Shown piece by piece: positions 47,580 to 57,257 of a stretch of 64,000 nucleotides of DNA (positions are counted from its first letter, which is position 1; each line of letters begins with the position of its first letter). The notes under the pieces were generated by a model that saw nothing but the letters and a program-made list of their open reading frames with translations, did no database searches and was not told the DNA's origin. The position numbers and the translations under genes were made by a program. The stretch lies in the NCBI GenBank assembly GCA_964371055.1, contig CAYJLF010000016.1:72628-136627 (forward strand), written 5' to 3'. The stretch comes from an uncultured bacterium. Lineage in GTDB: Bacteria; Eisenbacteria; RBG-16-71-46; CAIMUX01.

Positions 47580-49469
47580 CTAGCCCGGAAGCGAATCCAG
47601 TTCGTCCCAACGGTGGAGCGCTGCCTCCAACTCCTGATCGATCGCGGCGAGCCGTGCGTTCAGCTCCGACGCCTTCGTTCCCGCGTTCCGGTAGAACTCA
47701 GGGTCGGCCAGCGTCGCGTGGATTTCCGCCTGCTCGCGCTCGAGCCGGGTGATGCGATCGGGGAGTTCGGCCAGCTCCCGAGCCTCCTTGAACGTCAGCT
47801 TGCGCGGCCGTTCGGACACCCGCCGGGGCTTCGAGGGGGCCTTCTTCGCGGGCGCAGGTGCGCTCTCGACCGCGGCCGCGGCCTGGCGAACCCAGTCGTC
47901 GTAGCCGCCGACGTACTCCCGCACGCTCCCACCGGCGTCGACCACCAGCGTGCTGGTCACGGCGTTGTTCAAGAAGTCGCGGTCGTGGCTGACCAGGAGG
48001 AGCGTCCCTGTGTACGCGAGCAGGAGATCCTCCAGGAGATCGAGGGTGTCGGTATCGAGATCGTTGGTGGGCTCATCCATCACGAGCACGTTGCAGGGCC
48101 GGGCGAAGAGCCGGGCCAGGAGCAGCCGGTTCCGTTCTCCCCCCGAAAGGACCCGGACCGGCGTGGCCGCCCGCTCCGGGCTGAAGAGGAAATCCTGCAG
48201 ATACCCCAGGACGTGGCGCGGCCGCCCGTCGATCGTCACCGTGTCGCCACCGTCCCCCACGTTCTCGCGCACGCTCCGGTCGAGGTCGAGTTCCTCGCGG
48301 AGCTGATCGAAGTAGAGAACCTCGAGGCCTCGCCCGAACCGCAGCGCCCCCTCCCGCGGTTTGAGCCCTCCGGCGAGCAGACGGAGCAGCGTGGTCTTGC
48401 CGGCGCCGTTGGGCCCGATGATCCCGACCTTGTCGCCCTGCATGACGGTGGTGGTCAGGTCGCGGATGACGGTCCTCTCGCCGTACCCGGCCGACACGCC
48501 CCGGGCCTCGACCACCAGCCGTCCCGAACTCTCCGCACCGGAGAGCTGCAGCTTCACCTGACCGGTACGCTCCCGCCGCTGCCGGCGCTCGTCGCGCATC
48601 TCCTGCAGCGCCCGCACGCGGCCTTCGTTCCGGGTCCGCCTCGCCTTGATCCCCTGACGGATCCACGCCTCTTCCTGCGCGAGCTTCCGATCGAAGGCGG
48701 CCCGACGCGTCATCTCCGCCTCGAGGAGCGCCTCGCGCCGCTCCACGAACAGGTCGTAGCCGCAACCGAAGGCATAGAGCCGGCCGCGGTCGAGCTCGGC
48801 GACGCGGTTGGCAAGGCGGCGCGCCAGGGCGCGGTCGTGGGTCACGAACACGCTGGTCCTCACCTCATGCAGAAGAAACTCCTCGAGCCACAGGATCGTG
48901 TCGATGTCGAGCTGGTTGGTCGGCTCGTCCAGGAGGAGGATGTCGGGGGCTCCGACCAGCGCGCGAGCCAGGAGGACCCGGCGCTTGGTGCCGCCGGAGA
49001 GGACCGGGAACGCAGCCTCCGGATCGAGGGAGAGACGGGAGAGGAGACGCTCCACCTCCTGATGCACGCCCCATCCCCCCGTGTCCTCGAGGGTCTTCTG
49101 GAGCGCCTCCATGCGGGCCAGCAGGGCATCGGTCGGAGCCTCCGCGAAGGTGTGGCTCGCGTGATGATACTCGGCGAGCGCGGTGGCGGCGGTTCCCAGG
49201 CCGGACGCCACGACCTCGAAGACGGTCCCCGTCAGGTCGGCCGGCACGTCCTGGGAGAGACGGGCCACGCGCAATCCCGGCTGGCGCGTGACCTCCCCGG
49301 ACTCGGGAAGGAGTTCCCCGGCGATGACCTGCAGGAGGGTGGACTTCCCGGCGCCGTTCCTTCCGAGAAGACAGAGGCGGTCGCCCGCCTCGATCTGCAG
49401 GCTCAGTTCCTCCAGGATCGGCGGGCCGCCGAAGGCCAGCGAGATATTGCGCAGCGTGAGCAGGGCCAA
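47580..49469 (-). CDS. uup: ABC-F family ATPase (Uup-like)
   Basis: TTG start 'MALLTLRNISLAFGG'. Two ABC cassettes (GRNGAGKST/LSGG/LDEPTN and GPNGAGKTT/LSGGE/MDEPTN), linker 'EEAWIRQGIKARRTRNEGRV', and C-terminal 'KLTFKE.REL..LP..I..LE'. Confidence 0.9.
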   Translation of the reverse strand: MALLTLRNISLAFGGPPILEELSLQIEAGDRLCLLGRNGAGKSTLLQVIAGELLPESGEVTRQPGLRVARLSQDVPADLTGTVFEVVASGLGTAATALAEYHHASHTFAEAPTDALLARMEALQKTLEDTGGWGVHQEVERLLSRLSLDPEAAFPVLSGGTKRRVLLARALVGAPDILLLDEPTNQLDIDTILWLEEFLLHEVRTSVFVTHDRALARRLANRVAELDRGRLYAFGCGYDLFVERREALLEAEMTRRAAFDRKLAQEEAWIRQGIKARRTRNEGRVRALQEMRDERRQRRERTGQVKLQLSGAESSGRLVVEARGVSAGYGERTVIRDLTTTVMQGDKVGIIGPNGAGKTTLLRLLAGGLKPREGALRFGRGLEVLYFDQLREELDLDRSVRENVGDGGDTVTIDGRPRHVLGYLQDFLFSPERAATPVRVLSGGERNRLLLARLFARPCNVLVMDEPTNDLDTDTLDLLEDLLLAYTGTLLLVSHDRDFLNNAVTSTLVVDAGGSVREYVGGYDDWVRQAAAAVESAPAPAKKAPSKPRRVSERPRKLTFKEARELAELPDRITRLEREQAEIHATLADPEFYRNAGTKASELNARLAAIDQELEAALHRWDELDSLPG

Positions 49470-49636
49470 AGGCTCTCCGGTTCCTTTTTCCGGGGGGAAC
49501 AGGCGCGGCGGTATGCCGCGAGAAGGGGAAGGGTAGCAGAAGGTCAGCTTCCGGGAGCCAATCCATCGCCCGGCCACCCGACTCGGGCCGGCTCAACCTT
49601 CGTCGGCTCATTTTCCCTGCAACCCGGCAGCCTGAA

Positions 49637-49671
49637 TGCTAGTAATCTAGCACATGGTTGTTTTCCTAGCA
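49637..49671. promoter_or_regulatory. Palindromic operator candidate (BlaI-family)
   Basis: Perfect TGCTAG-TAAT-CTAGCA (49637-49652) plus a degenerate TGGTTG-N5-CTAGCA copy, in an AT-rich patch about 100 nt upstream of the S41-BlaI-M56 genes. Confidence 0.6.
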
Positions 49672-49751
49672 TATCGGGTCCGTCCGGCTGTCCCTCGGCC
49701 CGGCGGCCCCTCTCGCCTCCCATCTTATTCCCGGGAAAGGAGCGGGCCACG

Positions 49752-51551
49752 ATGAACCGCCTGATCCCCCTGCTGGTCGGGTGCGGCCTGCTGGTCGCCG
49801 GCAGCGTCGCGGGTGGCGCGGAGTCCGGGGATCCGCGCGACCCCGAGCTGAACTTCGAGTACGTCTGGAGATCGATGGATCGGACCTATGCCCAGTTCGG
49901 CCTGAAGCACGTCGATTGGGATGCCCTCTACCGGGTCTACCGACCGCAGATCACGCCGCAGACCACGGACGAGGAGTTGTGGGACACCCTGCTCACCCTG
50001 CTGCGGCACCTGAACGATGAGCACGTCTGCCTGGCCGACGGTAAGCGCCGCATCTGCGCCGGCCGTTCCGAGGAGCTGGAGGGGAACGACTTCTCCCTGG
50101 AGCTGGTGAAGTCGAAGTACCTGCGGGGCGCCTCCACGCCGGCCTTGGAGGGCAAGTTCACCTCCGGTTGGCTGACGGAGAAGATCGCCTACCTGCACAT
50201 CGGCGACTTCAAGGAGGAAGACCTCCCGACCGCTGGAGCGATCGACACCTTCCTGAACGAGCACGCCTGGGCTTCCGCAATCATCGTCGACGTGCGCGAC
50301 AACCCCGGCGGCACCAGTCGGGCCGCCAACCTGGTGGCGAATCGATTCGCCGACCGCAAGCGGCAATACATGCGCGTGCAGACCCGCTATGGCCCGCGAC
50401 ACGACGACCTGGGTTCGATGGACTTCCGCCATGTCGAGCCGGACGGCCCGATCCAGTTCACGCGTCCCACGGTACTCCTGGCGAACCGGCGCAGCGCGAG
50501 CGCCGCCGACGGCTTCGTGCTGGCCATGCGCGTCCTGCCGCATGTCACCGTGGTGGGAGACCTGACCGAGGGGGCCCTCGCCGCGCAGTTCCCCGACCGG
50601 ATGCCCAACGGCTGGGTGCTGTGGGTGGCCTTCAAGCTGGCCACCGACCACAGCGGTTTCTGCTATGACGGGCTCGGAGTACCACCCGACCTCCGCATCC
50701 GGAACGCGCCCGCGGACATCGCCGCCGGTACCGACCGGGTGCTGGAATTCGCGCAGACGGTGCTGGAACGAGGCGCCCCCGCGCCGCAGGACGAGGCCGC
50801 CAGCCTGGCGGACCTGCGGACGTCTTTGGTGGATACGTATGTGCGCACCGTCGACGAACAGAACCTCGCGGCCGCCGTCGAAGATCTCAACCGGGCGCGC
50901 GTGGCCGGGAGCAAGGCGAACTTCTTCAGCGCCGACGAGGCCATGCAGCAGGCCGGGCAGTACCTGGGACAAGAGCGGTACCCGGAGGCGATCGGCCTGT
51001 TGCGGGCGTGCCGCGAGGAGTTCCCGCAGTTCGCCAGCACCTACGGGATGCTCGCTCGGGCCTACCTGGGCTCCGGGGAGATCGCGGCCGCCGAAGCCAC
51101 CCTGAGAGAGAGCGAGTCGGTCGAAGCGATGTTTCCCTGGGAGCCGCCGCAGATCGAGCGGGCGCGCACCGCGGTCCAGATCGCGAGACGGGGATCCGCC
51201 GCCGACAGCATCGGACAGGCGCTCGCCGTCGGGGGCATCCCGGCCGCGGAGAAGACGTTCCAGGCGATGCTGCCCCGTCGGGACACGGGACCAGTGTTCG
51301 ACGAGAACGGCTTCAACAACCTCGGATACAGCCTGCTGCAGGAAAGCAACTTCGAGGCCGCTGTCTACGTCTTCGAAATGAACGCCCGACTCCACCCCGG
51401 CTCCTGGAATGTCCATGACAGCCTGGGCGAGGCGCTGGTGCGGGCCGGTCAGACGGAGCGCGCGGTCGAGAGCTTCCGCCGGTCGCTCGAGCTGAATCCG
51501 CACAACGCGAACGGACGCAAGATGCTGCAACAACTGCAAGCGGTACGGTAG
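49752..51551 (+). CDS. Exported S41 family peptidase with C-terminal TPR repeats
   Basis: Signal peptide, 'LNFEYVW...Y..F..K.VDW', 'IIVDVRDNPGG' and 'SASAAD'. TPR tail 'FNNLGYSLL...NVHDSLGEA...SLELNP'. Confidence 0.88.
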   Translation: MNRLIPLLVGCGLLVAGSVAGGAESGDPRDPELNFEYVWRSMDRTYAQFGLKHVDWDALYRVYRPQITPQTTDEELWDTLLTLLRHLNDEHVCLADGKRRICAGRSEELEGNDFSLELVKSKYLRGASTPALEGKFTSGWLTEKIAYLHIGDFKEEDLPTAGAIDTFLNEHAWASAIIVDVRDNPGGTSRAANLVANRFADRKRQYMRVQTRYGPRHDDLGSMDFRHVEPDGPIQFTRPTVLLANRRSASAADGFVLAMRVLPHVTVVGDLTEGALAAQFPDRMPNGWVLWVAFKLATDHSGFCYDGLGVPPDLRIRNAPADIAAGTDRVLEFAQTVLERGAPAPQDEAASLADLRTSLVDTYVRTVDEQNLAAAVEDLNRARVAGSKANFFSADEAMQQAGQYLGQERYPEAIGLLRACREEFPQFASTYGMLARAYLGSGEIAAAEATLRESESVEAMFPWEPPQIERARTAVQIARRGSAADSIGQALAVGGIPAAEKTFQAMLPRRDTGPVFDENGFNNLGYSLLQESNFEAAVYVFEMNARLHPGSWNVHDSLGEALVRAGQTERAVESFRRSLELNPHNANGRKMLQQLQAVR

Positions 51552-51603
51552 TCATCGAGGGGGGCCGTCCCGAGACCGGGGCGACCACGGGAGGACGAAG
51601 ATC

Positions 51604-51993
51604 ATGGCAGGTGATCCGCATGCAGGCCTCAGCCGTCGCGAACGGCAGATCATGGACATCGTCTACCGGCTCGGGCGGGCCACGGCGCAGGAAGTCCGGG
51701 ACAACCTCGAGGACCCGCCCAGCTACTCGGCGGTTCGGGCCCACCTGAAGGTCCTGGAGGAGAAGCAGCACCTGCGCCACCGGTGGGACGGCCCGCGCCA
51801 CGTCTTCGAACCGGTCGTCTCGCGGGAGCGTGCGCGCCGTTCGGCGCTGAGGAGTCTCCTGCGCAACTTCTTCGACGACTCCTACGAAGAGATGATCGCG
51901 ACCTTGCTCGAGAACTCGGGTCAGGACCTGTCGGACGCCGAACGGAAGAAGCTGGCCCGCATGATCGAGCAGGCCCGCCAGGAGGGACGGTAG
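51604..51993 (+). CDS. BlaI/MecI/CopY family transcriptional repressor
   Basis: 'LSRRERQIMDIVYRLG.ATAQEV...SYSAVR..L..LEEK'. Confidence 0.92.
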   Translation: MAGDPHAGLSRRERQIMDIVYRLGRATAQEVRDNLEDPPSYSAVRAHLKVLEEKQHLRHRWDGPRHVFEPVVSRERARRSALRSLLRNFFDDSYEEMIATLLENSGQDLSDAERKKLARMIEQARQEGR

Positions 51994-51995
51994 GC

Positions 51996-54137
51996 ATGCA
52001 CGCGTTCTTGGATCCCCTCTTCTTCGCCATGACCTACGATCCGTGGATCGCGCAACTCCTGCCCGTCACGCTCAAGGGGAGCCTGCTGGTGGGATCGCTC
52101 CTGTTGGGCGGTCACCTGTTGCGTTCCGCCTCGGCCGCAACCCGCCACCTGATGTGGACGCTGGGCATGGGCGGCCTCCTGGTTCTGCCGATCCTGGAGG
52201 CGGGGCTACCTTCCTGGCGGATCGTGCCGGTCCCCGACGCGATCACCGCGCTCGTCGCGGGTCCGACTTCCGGCCCTGCCGCATCACCCGCTTCGGTCGG
52301 GGGCGCGGGAAACAGCCCGCGCGAGGAATCCCTGCTCTCTTCGGGTCCAGGTCGCCCGGGCTCGCCGATCGTGACGCGCCCGCAGGCCGATCCACCCTCC
52401 GCCGCGGTGCCCTCTGACCCCGCGCGCCTGTCCGCCGAGTGGAAGCTCCGGGGCCTCGGACCGGCCCTGACCTGGTCCCTTTCGTGCTGGCTGGCGGGCG
52501 TGATTGTCCTCGCGCTCTCCTTCGCCCGGGGGCTGATCCGGCTGGAGCGCATCCGACGCGAGGCCCGCGCCCTGACCTCCGACGGATGGCCGCGTCTTCT
52601 GCGGTCGCTTTGCCACAAGCTCGGCCTGGAAGCGGATCCGGTCCTGCTCGTCAGCCCGCGCTCCCTCGCTCCGATGACCTGGGGTGTGCGCCGCCCGATC
52701 TTGCTTCTGCCCCGCGAATGCCACGACTGGCCCGAGGAGCTCCGCCGCCAGGTGTTGCTTCACGAACTGGCGCATGTCCGGCGACACGACTGCCAGACAC
52801 AACTCGTCGCCCAGTGCGTCTGCCTGATCCATTGGATCAACCCCCTGGTCTGGTTCGCCGCGCGGCAGATGCGCGTCGAGCGCGAGCGGGCGTGCGATGA
52901 CCTGGTCCTCGGGACCGGCGCCCGACCCTCGATCTACGCGGGTCACCTGCTGGAGTTCGCCTGCCATCTCAGCGGTCGCGAGCGGGCCATCTCGACCGGG
53001 CTCCCGCTGGCACGCCGGTCGCGTATCTTCGATCGGCTGGACGCGGTGCTCGATCCCCGCCGTTGCCGCCGGGCGCCGGGCCGATGGGCATCCGCGCTGG
53101 CCGCCGCCGTCATCCTGACGATCGTCGCGGGTTTGGCGACGCTGGGCCCGGTTGCGGAGGCGCGCGGCGGAGACTCGACCCGCCCCGCGGCGGCAGCCCC
53201 GTTCGCCTCGGGGCGGCCGGTGTCGTGTGAGTACCGGGTGGACGGTGTCACCGTGAAGATGGAAACGGAGGGCAGAGTCGAGTTCAACCACGACTACACC
53301 GGCATCGAGCGCCTGGACGATGGCGCGAGGTTTGCGATCGAAGAGAAGCGGGGGCGCCGAAAGACGAGCCTCTGCGTAACACGCGGCGAAGAGGGACGAC
53401 CCGTGTACGACTTCCGCGTGGGGCGAAACTCCCGACCCTTCGACGCGGAGGGGGCCGCCTGGCTGGCGAACTCGATCGAGTTCCTCCTGGTGGAGGCCGC
53501 CATCGACGCCGACGTGCGCGTGCGGCGCGTGCACGAGCAGGAGGGACTCCGGGGTGTGCTGGAGTTGGTCGAGAGCGTCGAGTCGGAAGAGACGCGAGGT
53601 ATCTACTGCGCGGAATTCCTTGGGCTGGACGACCTGGGGGACGAGGAGATCGTCGAGATCCTGCGGCGCAGCCGGAGTGACTTCGACTCGGACTACACGC
53701 GCGCGAATATCCTGATCGCTTACCTGGACGACCACCTGGGGCGGGCCTCTACGCACGGGGCCTTCCTCGCGACTCTGGCCGCCATGAAGTCCGACCACGA
53801 GGTGCGCCGCGTGCTCCAGAGCGCCCTGGACCGCGATGGCCGGACGCCCGAGGAACTGGCGGTCCTGCTCGCGGCACTGCCCGACGTGCGCTCCGACTAT
53901 GAGTCAGCGCAGTTTCTCTCCGCTTTCGACCCTGCGTTGCTGGCCGACGAGGCCACGAGTCGCGCCTATTTCGCGGCGTTGGAGAGCCTCGATTCGGATT
54001 ACGAGAAGGCCGGCGTTCTCATCTCGCTCGCCCGCCGGACCGCGAACGACGACCGCCTGCGCGCCGACTGCCTCGCCGCGGCCGACCGCATTCGGTCGTA
54101 CCACGAGTACTCGCGGGTCAGGCGCGCGCTGCAGTAG
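51996..54137 (+). CDS. M56 family (BlaR1-like) metallopeptidase/sensor with helical-repeat extracytoplasmic domain
   Basis: 'PMTWG..RP..LLP', zincin 'LLHELAHVRR.D', and 'WINPLVW...RE.ACDD'. The C-terminal region has ~35-aa 'SD[YH]E...L' repeats instead of a penicillin-binding domain. Confidence 0.9.
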   Translation: MHAFLDPLFFAMTYDPWIAQLLPVTLKGSLLVGSLLLGGHLLRSASAATRHLMWTLGMGGLLVLPILEAGLPSWRIVPVPDAITALVAGPTSGPAASPASVGGAGNSPREESLLSSGPGRPGSPIVTRPQADPPSAAVPSDPARLSAEWKLRGLGPALTWSLSCWLAGVIVLALSFARGLIRLERIRREARALTSDGWPRLLRSLCHKLGLEADPVLLVSPRSLAPMTWGVRRPILLLPRECHDWPEELRRQVLLHELAHVRRHDCQTQLVAQCVCLIHWINPLVWFAARQMRVERERACDDLVLGTGARPSIYAGHLLEFACHLSGRERAISTGLPLARRSRIFDRLDAVLDPRRCRRAPGRWASALAAAVILTIVAGLATLGPVAEARGGDSTRPAAAAPFASGRPVSCEYRVDGVTVKMETEGRVEFNHDYTGIERLDDGARFAIEEKRGRRKTSLCVTRGEEGRPVYDFRVGRNSRPFDAEGAAWLANSIEFLLVEAAIDADVRVRRVHEQEGLRGVLELVESVESEETRGIYCAEFLGLDDLGDEEIVEILRRSRSDFDSDYTRANILIAYLDDHLGRASTHGAFLATLAAMKSDHEVRRVLQSALDRDGRTPEELAVLLAALPDVRSDYESAQFLSAFDPALLADEATSRAYFAALESLDSDYEKAGVLISLARRTANDDRLRADCLAAADRIRSYHEYSRVRRALQ

Positions 54138-54192
54138 CGGCTGGCGGACGGGCCCCTGGCGTCCGCCCGATCCCCGCTCGGTTCGCACGCCC

Positions 54193-55512
54193 CTACGCGC
54201 TGACTTTGACCCGCACGGGGGAGATCGGCACCGGCCGGTCGCACGGGATCCATCCGCGGATCACGTAGACTCCGGGGCCGACCGGCGTCCGTTCGTTCGT
54301 CAGACCAGGCCACCTCTCGCGAAAGACCGTGATCTCGCCCGGTTGCAGCGTCAGCGTCGTGATGACCTCCGGGAACGCCATTCCGTAGGACCACTGCCAG
54401 AGCAGGGTGGGCCGCGGAGGAACCGAATCGGGGGGGGCCCAGATCGTGTCGGGAGGCGGCACCCAACCGGAGTCCGGCGGAGTCCAGGTCGTGTCCGGCG
54501 GCCAGGTCGGATCACCGGGATCACCGCCCGGCAGGGAATCGCAGGGACCGCCTCCATGCGGCGGCCGCTCACCGGGACCGTGGGGTCCGCCGCCCGGTGG
54601 ATCGCACGGCCCGCCGGGACCGCCGCCGTGAGGCGGGGGATCTTCCGGATCGCCGCCGGGAGGCGGCTCTCCCGGTTCCCACGCCGGATCGAAGAGGACG
54701 AAGTCATACAACTGCCCGTTCCGGAAGGTCAGCGTCACCGGCTCCACCCCGGCGTTGTGCAGCCGCAGGCTGATCTCGCGCGGCGTGCCGGGCAGCCCAT
54801 CCACCGGTTCGACCGACAGGTCTCCACGCACGTCGATCGGTCGAGGCGGCGGGGGCGGCGGGGGCGGGGGAGGTGGAGGCGGCAGCGAATCGCCATGCAC
54901 CAGAATCCACCGAGCGAGACCGTTCAGCCGCCGTGCGAGGTCCCGGGCCGGCTCGGGGATCAGCGTCTCTTCACCCCGAAGGCCATAGGTCGGACCGTCC
55001 GGAGTCGGCTGGTAGATGAGTTCCAGCAGGCGCGTCCGCACGGGTCGCGGCGAGAAGAACTCGCCGCTCAACTCCGTGAACCGCGCCTCGTCGAACCAGT
55101 CCTGAACCATCGCCACAGAGTCGGGTGAGAGGAGATAGTGCACGCCCCGGCCCGCCTCGCATTGGACGACCGCGGCGTCCCCGCTCCGCAGGATCCACAG
55201 GCCGAAACCGGGCTCTCCCGGATCGCCGAAGGACCGCATCCGGATCCACAAGTCCCCCGCGTCCGCCGGAGGTCCCGGTTCGCCCACTTCGGGCGGAGTA
55301 CCCGGGTAGGAGTCGGGCAGATCGGCCGGCGGGTTCCGGAGGCTGCTGTCGTCCGGCACCGGCGCCGGCGGCTTCGACTCGTCGCCGCAACCGAGCGGCA
55401 GCAGCATCGTCAAGAGCGCGAGCGCGACACCCGAGATCGCGACGACCCCGGCCCGGCGCACCCCGAGGCCGGTGGTGCACGCCACCAGATCCCACCGCGG
55501 ATGGAACTTCAT
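54193..55512 (-). CDS. Lipoprotein with BsuPI-like (intracellular proteinase inhibitor) domain split by a Pro/Gly-rich insertion
   Basis: Lipobox 'LLPLGC'. 'LRLHNAGVEPVTLTFRNGQLYDFVL' ... 'WQWSYGMAFPEVIT..TLQPGE...F...W...GPGVYVIRGW' matches the BsuPI pattern from memory. Confidence 0.7.
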   Translation of the reverse strand: MKFHPRWDLVACTTGLGVRRAGVVAISGVALALLTMLLPLGCGDESKPPAPVPDDSSLRNPPADLPDSYPGTPPEVGEPGPPADAGDLWIRMRSFGDPGEPGFGLWILRSGDAAVVQCEAGRGVHYLLSPDSVAMVQDWFDEARFTELSGEFFSPRPVRTRLLELIYQPTPDGPTYGLRGEETLIPEPARDLARRLNGLARWILVHGDSLPPPPPPPPPPPPPRPIDVRGDLSVEPVDGLPGTPREISLRLHNAGVEPVTLTFRNGQLYDFVLFDPAWEPGEPPPGGDPEDPPPHGGGPGGPCDPPGGGPHGPGERPPHGGGPCDSLPGGDPGDPTWPPDTTWTPPDSGWVPPPDTIWAPPDSVPPRPTLLWQWSYGMAFPEVITTLTLQPGEITVFRERWPGLTNERTPVGPGVYVIRGWIPCDRPVPISPVRVKVSA

Positions 55513-55656
55513 GATCGAGTCTCCTTTCGCCCGCACGACTGGCGATGCTCGCGACTCGCCGGGCCGAGTGGTCCGGCCCGGTTCCGCCGTTCGATGCCCC
55601 CACAGTGTACACATTCCGAACGTCCAAGATGAACCGGCCCACGCACCCTTAAGGGG

Positions 55657-56580
55657 TCAGAGTGGGGGCGCCGGTGGAATCCGTTCCCAGAACCTCAGTT
55701 GCCTGGGGACCGCCGGTGGATCCGCCCCATCGACCGCCACCGGCAGGTCCGTCCCTTCGAGTCGATCCCGGGTCATCCTGATCGCCAGCTCCGAGCGATC
55801 GCACGCCAGCCACGCCCTCCCGAGTCGGCGCGCGGCCACGGCGGTCGTCCCGGAGCCGCAGCAGAAGTCAGCCACGCGCATGCCGGGATCGGTCGTCGCG
55901 AGGACGATCCGCTCCAGCAGCGCCACCGGCTTCTGCGTCGGATACCCCGTCCGCTCCTTCGCGTCCTGCGTGAGCCACGGAATCGTCCAGACGTCATCGA
56001 GAAAGCGATACCGGTACCAGCCGGCAGCATCACGGAACTCCTCGACGCCGGGGCGATGGATGCGGTGCGCCAGACGCTTCTTCTCCCGGAGTCGATGGAA
56101 CGTGTGCCCGGGACCGGTGCGATAGTAGAGGATCGTGTCATGCTTCCGCGCGAACGCCGCGCGCGGGACTCCGCCCGTCGCATAGTGCCAGATGATCTCG
56201 TTCAGGAAGTTCTCCTGGCCCAGAAGGTTATCGAGAAAGAGGCGCGCCCGCGGCGCGGCCCGTGCATCGAGATGGAGGAAGAGGGCGCCGCCGGGTCTCA
56301 GCAGCCGCCGGCACTCGACGAGCAGAGCTCCCAACCAGGGATCGAGTCTGGAATCGCCGGCCCGACCGGGCCGCTCGTCTTCGTCGTTCCGTGCATGTTT
56401 CGGATCCTCGAAGGCCACGACATCCGCCAGACCGAAGCTCCCGCCCCGACCGCGAAGCCCACGGCGCGACCTGCCGGTCCCGAAGGGTGGATCGAGATAG
56501 ACGAGGTCGAGGCAACCATCAGGAAGGGTGCGCGCCAGTTCGAGCCCGTCGGCCCGCACGAGAAGATCGTGATCCAGAAT
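55657..56580 (-). CDS. Site-specific DNA methyltransferase (N4/N6, beta class)
   Basis: Motif IV 'LVYLDPPF', 'NEIIWHY', 'YPTQKPVALLERIV' and motif I 'DFCCGSGTT'. Start is ATT 56580/CTG 56577 (good SD) or GTG 56559. Confidence 0.88.
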   Translation of the reverse strand: MLDHDLLVRADGLELARTLPDGCLDLVYLDPPFGTGRSRRGLRGRGGSFGLADVVAFEDPKHARNDEDERPGRAGDSRLDPWLGALLVECRRLLRPGGALFLHLDARAAPRARLFLDNLLGQENFLNEIIWHYATGGVPRAAFARKHDTILYYRTGPGHTFHRLREKKRLAHRIHRPGVEEFRDAAGWYRYRFLDDVWTIPWLTQDAKERTGYPTQKPVALLERIVLATTDPGMRVADFCCGSGTTAVAARRLGRAWLACDRSELAIRMTRDRLEGTDLPVAVDGADPPAVPRQLRFWERIPPAPPL

Positions 56581-56583
56581 CCC

Positions 56584-57186
56584 CTACTCCTCCAGCTCGA
56601 CGTTCCAGTACTCGCGGGCGATGAACTGCTGCCACGACGTCCGGCGCTTGCCGAGCGGGATCGAGATGCAGGGGGTCCAGGTCGGCTCGACCGGCGCATG
56701 GATCAGCCGCATGCCCGCATCCTCCGCCGTGCGGCTCCCCTTGCGGCGATTGCAGCGCAGGCAGGAGAGGACGCAATTGGTCCAGGTCGAGATCCCGCCG
56801 CGCGAACGCGGTACAACATGGTCGATCGACAGCTCATCGATGCGGGGACGATCCCCGCAGTACTGGCAGGTGTGGCGGTCGCGGCGGAAGATGTTCTTAC
56901 GGGAGAAGGTGACCCGGTGACGGGGGAAGGAATCGTAACCGGTGAGCAGCACCACCTCGGGAACCTTGAGGCGCAGACTGACCGTGCGTATGCACGGCTC
57001 CTCCTCGGCGACACGGAGGCTGGCCCACGAATCGAAGTCGTGGAGCGAGTAGTCCTCCGGCGAGATCGCCCGGGCCGTCTGCCGGTAGAGAAGGCAGATC
57101 GCCGCCCGGACCGAAGTCGTCCCGATGGGAACCCAGTGCCGGTTGAGAACCAGCGTCTGTTCGTTGAGGATGCCCATGGCGTTCAT
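56584..57186 (-). CDS. HNH endonuclease (McrA-like stand-alone family)
   Basis: 'TLVLNRHWVP', 'FSRKNIFRRD..TCQYCG', and 'SIDHVVPRSRGG..TWTNCV.SC..CN..KG'. Start 57186 or 57177. Confidence 0.9.
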   Translation of the reverse strand: MNAMGILNEQTLVLNRHWVPIGTTSVRAAICLLYRQTARAISPEDYSLHDFDSWASLRVAEEEPCIRTVSLRLKVPEVVLLTGYDSFPRHRVTFSRKNIFRRDRHTCQYCGDRPRIDELSIDHVVPRSRGGISTWTNCVLSCLRCNRRKGSRTAEDAGMRLIHAPVEPTWTPCISIPLGKRRTSWQQFIAREYWNVELEE

Positions 57187-57257
57187 CCAGCCCCCAGGAT
57201 CGCTCAAAATGTAAGCCGAACAGAGGGTTGGTGGCAATGGGGAAGCGCGATTCTCTC

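Noticed and set aside
47613-49751. N-terminal 713 aa of the 1312-aa ORF
   Set aside because: Antisense shadow of uup. The S41 peptidase starts at ATG 49752.
56584-56586. Pyrrolysine decoding of the TAG
   Set aside because: The HNH ends at what looks like a natural family C-terminus (YWNVELEE), and no pyl genes are in the window.
56584-57186. HNH as a homing endonuclease, Cas-associated nuclease or mobile element
   Set aside because: No intron, CRISPR repeats, transposase or terminal repeats nearby. It matches a common stand-alone HNH family.
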